The position numbers and the translations under genes are program-made. A stretch of 32,710 nucleotides of DNA from Chiloscyllium plagiosum (taxonomy: Eukaryota): contig NC_057720.1 of the NCBI RefSeq assembly GCF_004010195.1, forward strand, positions 5,540,871-5,573,580. Reading direction: 5' to 3'. Under the pieces are notes generated by a model. That model searched no databases. It was not told where the DNA came from and saw nothing but the letters and a program-made list of their open reading frames with translations. Positions 1 to 10,554 of this stretch are shown piece by piece; the stretch's first letter is position 1; each line of letters opens with the position of its first letter.

Positions 1-285
1 GGGAGTGGAGTGCATTATTTCCCCCTCCAACTCTATTTTGATTTAGTCCCTGCCCTCCCCTTCACTGTTTGATCACACAGCACTGCCCTTTGATGTGAAG
101 GGCAGTGTTTGTCACTGGCCACTTGGGTGTTTCCTATCTTCCTGGTGGTGGAAATTGAATAAAGATTCGTGCACCTTGTGTCTCTCACTGTGTCTCACAC
201 CTGCACACACACACAATATGGGTGCTGGGAAAAAATAAGCACTACCGTAGTTAGGCGGTAGTGTGTGGATAAAAGAGGAAAAAAA
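1..285 (+). mobile_element. Probable 3' UTR/end of a non-LTR retrotransposon (L1/Tx1-like), truncated by the window start
   Basis: AATAAA at ~158, a short CA run, two stem-loops (80-108, 240-263) and an A-rich end at ~270-285 abutting another element. Family assignment is by resemblance only. Confidence 0.4.
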
Positions 286-402
286 GACTGCTGGACATGC
301 ATATGGTCACAGAAATTTGAGGGTGCATACGTGAAGATCAATGGTCGGCACAACATCGTGGGCTGAAGGGCCTGTTCTGTGCTGTACTGTTCTATGTTCT
401 AT
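286..402 (+). mobile_element. CR1 LINE 3' end
   Basis: GGGCTGAAGGGCCTGTTCTGTGCTGTAC followed by a (TTCTATG)2 microsatellite tail, typical of CR1 3' termini. Confidence 0.8.
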
Positions 403-1479
403 GAAGTGATTTTTAACTGTTGTCAGCTCTTTTCCTGAATCAGTATATTCAAATCCTATGCACTGTATTGTCCATCTGTGGAGCTTGCATTAACTAACAC
501 CATCTCGATAGAAAGCTGCTCCTTTGAACATTCTGTCTTGTCTGGAACCTGCCTTAATGACTGACGTGATCTTTGGGTACTCTGTAAGACCGTGATGAAC
601 ACTGTCTTGTAAAATGGCCGACCACCATCTTGGAACAAGTGCATGCATTGGCCGTATAAAAGCTGCCATAGAAACTGATGATCTGGAATGAGTTTCTGTA
701 CCTTATCCATCCACTCACATTGGTACTGTCATGCTCAACACCCTTAACCTAATGCAATCAAAATCAGTTTTAAAATCTCAGATGACCTCCCTGCCAGCCT
801 CAACAACTCATTTTAGCGGTAGAGAGCTCCAGGTTTATACACTGCTTTGTGCAAAGGGCTCAGATAGTTCAGTTGTTCTGTCAGCAAGCATTTATCATTT
901 GTGAAACTAATAGCACATTTTGACATCTGCATATCGGCAATTATATATGGAAAGTGGTGCTAATGATTCTTCACTTTACTGTGTGCCTTATGGCAAATTA
1001 ATTAGAAATCACTGAATTGATATAAACATATATGTCTTATGATATTAGTCCCATTGCAAAAGCCCACAAAGAGAAAACATATTTTTGAATGAAGTGCCAT
1101 TTAAACAGAATTTCTTTTATTACTTACGAACAATATCCCCAGGCTGAGAAAATCTAATCTTGCTTTTGTGAAATCTCATCTTTCTCTATATTATAAGTAT
1201 AATCCTAGATTTTTAGGATGATATTTTTAAAAGTTTATTTATAACATTTCATTTTTAAAAATCTTAATCACATGTGCACATCCAAATCATTATGTTATCT
1301 TCTGCAAAATGATTAAAATGTGAACTATAATCGCTGTTTTACACTTCCTGATTTGCTTTCTGTGAGTATTCAATGTTGTCAACCACATAATCTGCCTGAT
1401 GCCAACACACTTTCAGGAATGCCTAGAGATACTCTTCAATCAATGCAAGGTTTGGTTTGACATTAGGAAAGGGGATATT

Positions 1480-1950
1480 CACAGCATCGAGACTGTGAGG
1501 TGTGGAGTGTGGAGTTTCTTCCTTCAGTTAGTTTTTTCATTGTCCACCACCAGACATGATTGGATTTGCTGGAACTTTGATCGAGTTTGTTGTTTGTAGA
1601 ATTGCTTGGCGATGGCATGCTGTTTCTGCTGTTTAGCATGCATGTTACCCTGAACTGTAGCCTGACTATGTTATCGCCTCATTTTCTGGTATGCCAAGTC
1701 TTGCTCCTGGCATGCTCTCTTGCACTCTTTATTGAACTATTGGCTTGGTGGTGTTGGTAAAGTAATGCTGGGCCACGAGGTGTAGATTGTCAGTGTAAAC
1801 AATACTGCTCTTATTGATGGCTTACAGCACCTTATGCCCTGTACTGATTTGCTAGATCTGTTCACACCATGATAGTGCACAAAATACAGTGAATGGTTTG
1901 ATTCATGTATACTGAAGGATGGACTTGGTCTCAAGGTCTCTGTGGTGGAT
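1480..1950 (-). mobile_element. Degenerate LINE (CR1/L2-group) ORF2 fragment, probably the downstream continuation of 3925-4432
   Basis: Degenerate coding-like sequence that I recognise as the same shark LINE family as 3925-4432. No intact frame. Confidence 0.5.
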
Positions 1951-1987
1951 TAGTTGTTTTCAACTAAGGTCACCGGATTTGAAACAT

Positions 1988-2270
1988 TAAGACCATACCA
2001 TAAGACCATAAGACATAGGAGCGGAAGTAAGGCCATTCGGCCCATCGAGTCCACTCCGCCATTCAATCATGGCTGATGGGCATTTCAACTCCACTTACCC
2101 GCATTCTCCCCGTAGCCCTTAATTCCTTGTGACATCAAGAATTTAGGGCTACGGGGAGAATGCGGGTAAATGGAGTTGAAATGCCCATCAGCCATGATTG
2201 AATGGCGGAGTGGACTCAAGGGGCCAAATGGCCTTACTTCACTCCTATGTCTGATGGTCTTATGGTCTTA
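1988..2270. repeat. Long imperfect palindrome formed by two head-to-head CR1 3' ends
   Basis: Arm 1988-2119 is the reverse complement of arm ~2145-2270 with only a handful of mismatches. (TAAGACCA)n / (TGGTCTTA)n tails point outward. Confidence 0.93.
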
Positions 2271-2929
2271 TTTTCAGTACATGACAATTAAATATCTGTG
2301 GTCTCTATAGCTCATTATTTGTACATCTTGTATGCAAAGGAGTGTGTTACCCTAGGTTTCTTACCCTAGGAATGGCTAAAATAAAGAAGGTTATTTAGAT
2401 TCATTTATTTATCCTGAAATGCACAGGCACACATGCACATATCAAAATTGGATGAAATAATGATTTTTACAAATTACAGCTAATTCAGTCTCTTACTTAC
2501 AATTCCTAGTTTCCCATGTGACTGGCCTGTGGTTTCCTGAATGGATTTGGCAATTTAAACATTACGTGAGGTAGTGCAAAGGATTCAAAGCAGGCTGTGA
2601 GGTTTCTTCTTGTTGGATGTCAAGGAGGTTGGTTCTTAGGTGAATGTTGAAAAAGGAATAGGCAAATTACTTTGGCTGTTTGATGACACAGAGTTAGTTA
2701 TAGAGTCTGGTTCTCAGACTGTCTGACAGCTGATGGCTTGGATGGATTTGCTGAGACAGTGGGCTAAGAAAATAAAATTCTCCGAAACCAGTTTTGGTCA
2801 CATGACTGCAGGCTAACACACTGATGTCCATTCAATCTAATTGGGACAGGGGAGGTCATAACAATGCAATGTGAAGTTGATAGCAGCCACTGAGTTTCAA
2901 TTCTCCCTTTAGTCCAGTGTAAAACATAG

Positions 2930-3177
2930 AAACAGATGGATTAGGAATCCAAGAGATATTGGCTGTTGGCTGTTAGATATGCTCAACTATGTCCATATTT
3001 AATTAGATTAGATAATTATTAAGCAATTATCAGCGAGTAATATTGCATGCAAGGCTACTTAATAATAAACAATACAATGATGTTGAGAATAGTACATGAT
3101 TAGAGGATTGGCTAACTAGTAAAAGACCCATAGTTGAGATAATGAGATCATTTTGAGAATAGCTACCTGTAACTAGC
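2930..3177 (+). mobile_element. Old degenerate CR1 RT fragment
   Basis: ATTAGAGGATTGGCTAACTAGTAAAAGA...CCTGTAACTAG translates as a WxEDWLT.KR...PVTS-like stretch of the CR1 RT region. Confidence 0.5.
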
Positions 3178-3806
3178 CACAGGGACTTTTGAAAGATCTC
3201 AACCAACGCCTCCGCTATTTCCTCAACCACCTCCCTCAGAACTCTAGGATGTAGCCCATCAGGGCCATGAGATTTATCAATTTTAAGACCTTTTAGCTTT
3301 TCTAGCACTTTCTCTTTTGTAATGGCAACCATACTCAACTCAGCCCACTGACTCCCTTTACTTGTTGGGATATTACTCATGTCTTCCACTGTGAAGACTG
3401 ATGCAAAGTACTTATTAAGTTCTCCTGCTATTTCCTTATCTCCCATCACTAGCCTTCCAGCATCAGTTTGAAGTGGCCCAATGTCTAATTTTGCCTGTCG
3501 TTTGTTTCTTATGTATTGAAAGAAACTTTTACTATCATTTCTAATATTAACTGGCTCAACTACCTTCATATTTGATCCTCTCCTTCCTTATTTCTCTCTT
3601 TGTTATCCTCTGTTTGTTTTTGTAGCTTTCCCAATCTTCTGATTTCCCACTGCTCTTGGCCACTTCATAGGATCTCTCTTTTTCTTTGATAGATTTCCTG
3701 ACTTCCTTTGTCAGCCATGGCTGTCTAATCCCTCCCCGGATAATCTTTCTTTTCTTGGGGATGAACCTCTGTACAGTGTCCTCAATTTTACCCACAAACT
3801 CCTGCT
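3178..3806 (-). mobile_element. CR1 LINE ORF2 internal fragment (EN-RT linker, frameshifted)
   Basis: ORFs 3556..3816 and 3030..3569 contain PWLTKEV, KSFFQYIRNKR, LNKYFASVFT and GPDGLHPRVLRE. Confidence 0.9.
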
Positions 3807-3807
3807 T

Positions 3808-3900
3808 TCTCTCCATAGATGCTGCCAGACCTGCTGAGTTTCTCCAGCAATTTTTGTTTTAGTGTGTTTCAGATCTCCAGCATCCACAGTTCTCTGTGCT
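3808..3900 (+). mobile_element. Penelope-like element terminal fragment
   Basis: GATGCTGCCAGACCTGCTGAGTTTCTCCAGCA...GATCTCCAGCATC, the same motif as the PLE ends at 11661-11760, 16158-16295, 18641-18740 and 30292-30407. Confidence 0.75.
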
Positions 3901-3924
3901 ATTTTATGTGACTTGCGATGTGAC

Positions 3925-4432
3925 GCACAGATGCATCTGCAAGAGGTAGATTGGTGAGGAAAAGATCTAGTTGGCTTTTCCTTGCTTTCAATTCCTTTGC
4001 CATCTGCTCCAGACCCAGTTTAGAAGTTACATTCTAAAGGTCCTGACCAGCTTGATCAGTATGTGGTGGTGCCCAACCACTTTTAGTGACGGACATTGAG
4101 GTCCTCTCCTCAGAATACATTCAGTTCCCGTGCCACCTTCAGCGCTTCTTCCAAGTAACATGGAAGAGAATGGATTCATCAGCTGAGGTAGAAGGCGAGG
4201 TGTTGGTATTCAGTAGGAAGCTTCTTTGCCCATGTTTGATTTGATGCAATGAGACTTCATTTGGTTTGGAGTCAATACTGAGGACTTCCAGGGCAACTAT
4301 TTCCCACCTCTATAGCACTGTGCCACCACCTTTGGTGGGTCTTTCTTGGAGATGGGACATAGACCCAAGGTTAATGATGGTGGTGCTTGGATGTTGTAGG
4401 ACATGATTTGTTGAGAATGACTATGTTAGGTT
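3925..4432 (-). mobile_element. Degenerate LINE APE-endonuclease fragment (CR1/L2-group)
   Basis: Minus-strand translation gives QPNIVILNKS (resembling PDIVILTES) and GEDLNVRH*KWLG (resembling the GDFNxHHxxW APE motif). Confidence 0.65.
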
Positions 4433-4624
4433 GATTCTTTTATCATGCTCATATATGTTTGGGGACAAAAGAAATCTGCATTTTCTTTTTTGGGGTGTTG
4501 GTCCCTTTAAGAACTAGAGTTTTCTGAAAAAAGAATTCTTATAAAAAGCAGCAAGCTTTCTGTAATGATCATGTGCCCAAGCTGTCTGGGAGAGAAACAA
4601 GAGGAAAAGGTTAATAAGAAGTAG

Positions 4625-4971
4625 ATTGGACACGCTGAAGGCAGGAAACATGTTTCCGCTGATGGGTGAGTCCCGAACCAGAGGACACAGCTTAAAAATA
4701 CGGGGTAGGCCATTTAGGACAGAGATGAGGAGAAACTTCTTCACCCAGAGAGTGGTGGGTGTGTGGAATGCTCTGCCTCAGAGGGCAGTGGAGGCCCAGT
4801 CTCTGGATTTGTTTAAGAAAGAGTTGGGTAGAGCTCTCAAGGATAGTGGAATCAAGGGTTATGGAGATAAGGCAGGAACAGGATACTGATTGAGGATGAT
4901 CCGCCATGATCATAATGAATGGTGGTGCAGGCTCGAAGGGCAGAATGGCCAACTCCTGCACCTATTGTCTA
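4625..4971 (+). mobile_element. CR1 LINE 3' end
   Basis: ORF 4626..4889 contains ESRTRGHSLKIRG...RNFFTQRVVGVWNALP (CR1 ORF2 C-terminus), followed by the 3' UTR. Confidence 0.92.
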
Positions 4972-5478
4972 AGTAAAGAATAGGGGTGAATAGATTGTGT
5001 GGGTGGTTCTGTTTCAGGCAGACCTTCCTGAGTAGGAAGCAATCTCACTGCAGAAAAAAACGTTGCTTTCATTTGGAATTTTGTCAGCAAAAGGTTGAAA
5101 ACCCTTCTCCATTGAGTGACTCCTACCACGAAGTTGAATATCTAGAATTTGCCATAATGAGAAGAGAGAAGGAAAGAGATTTAGAGAGCTATAGCTCTAG
5201 AAGGAGAGAATTCTAGAACCAGGAATGATTTTACCTGGGGTAGCTTCACTGAAGACAACAGCGCCATCATTGTTGTACTGGGAATCTACATGCTCTTCAT
5301 CCCCATGTCCACTGCCTGATTACCTTGATTTTTTTTCTAAGGGACCTGCCATAACTTGTTTAAAAATAGTTCCTCTATCATTTTCCCAAAGATGTATTTT
5401 AACTTTATTGACCTGTAGTGTCTTGCTTTTCTTTTAAAAAAGGAAGTTGCTTTTGCTGTTTTACAATTATCATCAATA

Positions 5479-5797
5479 TCATAGAATCTCTAGTGTGGGA
5501 CCAGCCCTTCGGCCCAACAAGTCCACACTGATCTTCCGAACAGCAACCCCACCCAGACCCATTGCCCTACACTATATTTACCCCTGACTAATGTACCCAC
5601 CCACATGTCCCTGAACACTATGGGCAATTTAGCTTGGCCAATTCACCTAACCTGCCATCTTCAGACTATGGGAGGAAACCCGTGCAGACACGTGGAGAAT
5701 GGACAAATTCCATACAGACAGTCGCCCAAGGCTGGAATCATACGCAGGTTCCTAGCACTGTGAGGCAGCAGTGCTAACCGCTGAGCCACCGTATCGC
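5479..5797 (-). mobile_element. HE1-type tRNA-derived SINE
   Basis: Minus strand begins GGTGGCTCAGCGGTTAGCAC (A box), has the HE1 body, and ends in a CR1-like tail ...GATTCTATGA. Confidence 0.88.
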
Positions 5798-6661
5798 TAA
5801 TGGAAGCTCCCCAAAATCTAGGGAATATTGGAAAATTAAAAGCAACTCATCCACTATCTCACTCACCACTTCCTTTAAGTTTCTAGGATGAAGTCCATCG
5901 GGAGATGAGGACTTGTAGCTCCAATTATTCACTCAGTGTCATTTTCCTGGTGATTATAACCTTCTTGAGTTGTTCCCACCCTTCCTTTTCCTCTGTTACA
6001 GTTATTTCTGGAATGTTACTACTTTCCTCTACTTATTTAAATTGTGTAATAGCTTTAACTTTAACCACAGATTGGATTTGTTTTCTTTTTGGAATATAAC
6101 TATTATGCGCATTCAAAAGTATTCCCTTTAATGTTTGCAATGGCATTGACATTGACCTATCCCTGGTTTGTGACTCATTTTCACTAGTTTTGCTTTCATG
6201 CTCTCATAATGACCCTTAATTAAGTTTAAAGTACCAGTCTTAGACTCACTCTTCTCCCCCTCAAACTGAATGCAAAATGCAATCATATTATGATTCCTGC
6301 AATCGAGGGTGATTGTGCTCTGAGATCATTATTAATGCTATCCCCACACCTAATACCTGGTCTGGCACAGCTTGATCTCTGGTTTCCTCCAAAATGGGAT
6401 GTTTTAAAACCTAGCCTGATAACATTCCATAAACTCTTCATCTGAGCTGCCCTAGACCATCTAATTTTTAAAGTCTTGAATAAAATTAAAATCTTTCCGA
6501 CAAGCTCCCATTATTTCTTACCTGATCTGCCCTACCACAGGGTTGCTGTTGGGGCCAGGAGTTTGTACACCACTCCCACCAATGACTCTTTGTTTTTATT
6601 GTTTCTTATCTCTACCCAAATCTGGTTTCCTAAACTTTGATCTTGCCTCTCATTATACCAA

Positions 6662-6991
6662 GGTGGCTCAGTGGTTAGTGCTGCTGTCTCACAGTGACAG
6701 GGACCCAGGTTCCATTCCACCCTCGCTGTGGAGTTTGCACAACCTCCCTGTGTCTTCATAGGTTTCCTCCAGGTGTTCCAGTTTCGTCCCACAGCGCAAA
6801 GATGTGCAGGTTAGGTGAATTGGCCATGCTAAATTGCCCATAGTGTCCAGGAATATGCAGGCCACGTGGATTAGCCAATGGAAATGCAGGGATAGGGTAG
6901 GGGGTTGGGTCTGGCTGTGATGCTCTTCAGAGGGGCGATATGGACTTGATGGGCTGAATGGCCTGCTTCCACACTGTAGGGATTCTATGAT
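6662..6991 (+). mobile_element. HE1-type tRNA-derived SINE
   Basis: GGTGGCTCAGTGGTTAG A box, GGTTCCATTCC B-box-like motif, GGAGTTTGCAC body, GATTCTATGA tail. Confidence 0.88.
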
Positions 6992-7575
6992 ACACTAATA
7001 TCGTCGGTAATTAACAGAACCTGGCTTCTGGTGCATCCTAAATGTTCAAATCCCTGTCATCCTGCATCCATTTTGTTATAATTAGATTATCCTTATCCAT
7101 CTTTTATAGTGCCGTTGGTTCACCTGCTTTTTTTTCCCAAGCTACATGTATTCAGATACAAAACCTTTAATTTTGTCTTTTTATCATTTTGTGAACTCCA
7201 GCATTCTCCATTGACATTTCTTCTTAGATTTGTTACATTCTGATCCTTCCTGCCATGGTCTGTTTATCATCTTCCACATTAATGCCATAATCTCTTGCTG
7301 AAATGAGACCAGAAAGAGTTGGACATGCTCAGCAGCTCTGTCAAGAGGGAAATGGAGTGAGCTCTTCATGACTGTGACCCATCTCAGGGTACTCGTCAGT
7401 TCTGGTAAATAGATTATTTAAACCTCAGAGATTGTTGAGACCAGATCAGCTTGCTGTAATTATTCAGTTAGTCATGATTCATTAGCCTGCTGTCTGGACT
7501 GCATTTCTTGGCCAAGTTATCATGTGCTGATTATTGACAGAAACTATATAGCATGAAATTAGGATATTTCTGGCA

Positions 7576-7853
7576 ACCCAGAACCAGGGGTCAGAGTCTA
7601 AGGATACAGGGTAGACCACTTCAGACTGAGATGAGGAGAAATGTCTTCACCCAGAGAGTGGAATTGTTTGCCACAGAAAACAGTTGAGGCCAAAACATTG
7701 AACATTGTCAGGAAGGAGTTAGGTATAGTTCTCCGAGCTGAATGAATCAAAGGGCATGGAGAGAAAGCAGGAACAGGAGACTGAGTTGGATGATCATATT
7801 GAATGGTGAAGCAGATTCAGTGGGCTGAATGGTCTACTCCTGTTTCTATTTTC
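7576..7853 (+). mobile_element. CR1 LINE 3' end
   Basis: ACCAGGGGTCAGAGTCTAAGG...TTCACCCAGAGAGTGG plus 3' UTR, similar to 4625-4971. Confidence 0.85.
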
Positions 7854-7924
7854 CAGCCTTCTGTACTCGTGAACCTATACAGGAAACGACCAAAAGGATA
7901 ATGGAATGCTAGCCTTTCTAAGAG

Positions 7925-8294
7925 CACAAGAACTTTGCAGTGGGAGTAGGCCATTCGGCCCCTCAAACCTGCTGCACTATTCTAGATCATGGCTGATCAT
8001 CTACATCACTGTTATTGTCCCCTGGTATCCCTGTGTCCCTTAATGTAATTTTTTTACTAGAAACCTACCAGTCTCTGTCTTGAACACACTTGCATTTCCA
8101 AAGATATACCATTCTTTGAATGACGAAATTCCTCCTCATCTCAGTCGTAAATGGTCCACCTTTTCAATGAGACTGTGTTGCATAGTTCTAAACCCTGGCC
8201 AAACCAAGGGAGCTACCTTCCCTGTATCCACTCTGTCCAACCTCTGGAGAATTTTGTGAGTTTCAATGAGACCACCTCTCATTCTTCTCAATTC
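7925..8294 (-). mobile_element. CR1 LINE 3' end
   Basis: GGAGTAGGCCATTCGGCCCCTC...ATCATGGCTGATC reverse-oriented 3' UTR and ORF2 end. Confidence 0.8.
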
Positions 8295-8299
8295 GAGAG

Positions 8300-8830
8300 A
8301 ACATTGAGGTATCTAAAGGACTTGAATACAAGGAGGTCGACGTCTTGCTTGTATTATCAAAGGCCCTGTAAGGCCACACCTGGATTCACTTTGAACAGTA
8401 TGTGGGGCAACACCCATTTTCCTGGCTTTTATCGATACAGATAGTGAAGGGAGTGTAGTGTGGAATTACCAGGATTTAGAAGGTTAAGAGGCAATCTGAT
8501 TAACATTCCCAGACATAAAGGGGAACAGAGAGACAGAAACAACCTCTTCCTGCTGCTTGGAGAGTCTGGGACAAGGAAGCAATTTCTAAACAATCAATAG
8601 TTCAGGAGCCAAACTAAAATGAAGAAGCTTTGCAAAAGCTGTTTGCAGTTTGGAAATCCTTTTGAACTTGATGCCATGTCAATAGTAAATTTTCAAAGTG
8701 AAGTTGATCAACATTTGTCAGCCGTAGGGGATACAGGACAAATTATGGATATCAGGCACTTTCTCATTGATTAGCAGAACCAGCTCCAGGGAATAATTGG
8801 CCTCCAAATGCCTCTATGTTCCCTAATTGC
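8300..8830 (+). mobile_element. Old degenerate CR1 3' region
   Basis: GGCCACACCTGGA...ACAGTATGTGG (RPHLEY-like), AGAAGGTTAAGAGGCAATCTGAT (RRLRGDL-like) and a decayed UTR. Confidence 0.6.
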
Positions 8831-9177
8831 AAAATCATTTGTCCTGATAGCACTCAGTCACTGGTTGCTGGACGCTGTGAATGGTCCATTACGGGTAAAG
8901 GATGTTGCAGTGAAGTGTTAAGTGGTTTGCAGTCCGGCTTGGCTTTTAAATAGGTGGTTCCTGATCATAATCCAATGGATGGCCAATTACATTGCAGATG
9001 CTCTACATGCCCATGGGAATAATACGAACATCTATAGTTTAATGCAATAAATTTAATTGGTCGCTTCATTTGATTTTGTTTTTCAGAGGTACATTTTTAA
9101 GGATCTATTAAAAGATGTCTGTTTCCACTACACCTCATATACAGTGTATTCAAAGCAGGACGGTTTAGAAAGTCAAA

Positions 9178-9399
9178 CACAGAAACTCAAGAAATATAGA
9201 AAAGAGCAGCAGGAGGAGGCCATTTGGCCCTTCCATCCTGCTCCGCCGTTCAGTAGGATCATGGCTGATCATCCAGTTCAGTTTCTTGTTCCTGTTTATT
9301 CCCTTACCCTTTGATCCCTTTAGCCCTAAGAACTTTATCTAACACGTTTTTGAAAATATTCAGTGCTTCGGCCTCATCCGCTTCCTGTGGTAGAGAAAT
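9178..9399 (-). mobile_element. CR1 LINE 3' end
   Basis: GGAGGAGGCCATTTGGCCCTTC...ATCATGGCTGATCATCC reverse-oriented UTR. Confidence 0.8.
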
Positions 9400-9577
9400 A
9401 GTACCTTGAGAAATAGAATATCTTATAAGTCAAAGCCAACCAATGGAAAAGCAACATCACATTGAAAACATGAAAGGTTCTCGCTGCTTCTTAACTGAAG
9501 AAAAATGACCGGCCGCCCTAATGTTTTAACCTTTCAGCAGTTGGTAAGAATCATAGAATGAATCAGTAGCAAAGAAA

Positions 9578-9907
9578 GTGATGGCCTTGTGGTATTGCTG
9601 CTAAATTATTAATCCAGGGACCCAGGTAATGTTCTGGGGACCCAGGTTGAAATTTGAATTCAATAAAAAAGTCTGGAATTATGAGTCTAATGATGACCAT
9701 GGAATTCTTGCGAATTGTTGTAAAATCCCATCTGGTTCACTATATCTTTTAGGGATAAAAATCTGATTTCTTCTGGTCTGACCTACATGTGACTCCAAAC
9801 CCACAGTAATGTCGTTAAATCTGAACTACCCTCTGGGCAATTAGGGATGGGCACTAAATGCTGGCCAGGCCAGTGATGTCTACGTTTTGTGAATGAATTT
9901 TAGAAAC
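9578..9907 (+). mobile_element. tRNA-derived SINE, DeuSINE/SacSINE1-like
   Basis: AAATTTGAATTCAATAAAAA, CCCATCTGGTTCAC, CATGTGACTCCA and a GGGATGGGCA.TAAATGCTGGCC tail, shared by 5 or more copies in this window. Confidence 0.75.
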
Positions 9908-10008
9908 GTGGAGACCATTCAGGCCATTGTGTTAGTGCAGGCTCCTTGGAAGAGTCATCAAGATGGTCTCCTTTCAACTGTTGTCTCCCCATCATCATGC
10001 GAAGTTTG

Positions 10009-10350
10009 TTATTTGTTCACAGGATGTGGGCGTCTCTGGCTCAGCCATCTTTTATTGCCTATCCCTAATTACCCAGAGGGCAGTCAAGAGTTACCAAAAT
10101 TGCTGTGGGTCTGGAGTCACATGTAGACCAGACCAGGTAAGGATGGTAGTTTCCTTCCCTAAAGGACATAAGTGAACCCGATGGGTTTTTCCAACAATCG
10201 AGAATGGGTCAACATTAGATTCTTAATTCCAGATTTTTAAAATTGAATCCAAATTCCACTATCTGCCATGGTGGGATTTGAACCCAAGTCCCCAATCTGT
10301 TGGCCTGGGGCTCTCGATTACTACTCCAGTTTTAATACCATACGGCCCCA
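10009..10350 (-). mobile_element. tRNA-derived SINE, DeuSINE/SacSINE1-like
   Basis: Reverse complement of the 9578-9907 family, with a GGGTTCAAATCCC B box on the minus strand (~10273-10285). Confidence 0.78.
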
Positions 10351-10554
10351 CCTCCTCTAAATTCTCCTGATATGTTCTGGTTTAAAGTGCACTCCCAGTT
10401 CACAAGCTCTACGCAAAAGAGAGATGTCAAAGAGCTTGGGACAAAGTTATCAGGAAGTGATCTCTGATACTTTGTTATCAAGAATATTAATGAAAGGCAT
10501 GTACTTGAACAGAGTTTTCTGTGTCTGGGGAAGAATAACTAAGTTCTGTAAATC

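Larger units (their letters stand above)
5230..7200 (-). mobile_element. Old, highly degenerate CR1 ORF2 (EN to RT start), interrupted by two HE1 SINEs
   Basis: Minus-strand remnants occur in the expected order: LKVLYLNTCSLGKK (~7170), ITKWMQDDRD (~7075), WVEIRNNKNKESLVGVVYK (~6560-6620), DGLHPRNLKEVVSEIVDE (~5850-5900). Confidence 0.7.

Noticed and set aside
592..680. C/D-box snoRNA (GTGATGA...CTGA)
   Set aside because: No convincing terminal stem or recognisable rRNA antisense element
6662..6725. tRNA genes at the SINE heads (also 15728, 17269)
   Set aside because: A/B boxes run into SINE bodies; no complete cloverleaf
9087..9162. Plus-strand exon RYIFKDLLKDVCFHYTSYTVYSKQD after TTTTGTTTTTCAG
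   Set aside because: The donor (GTTTAG) is weak and the peptide is unrecognised; not supportable without expression data
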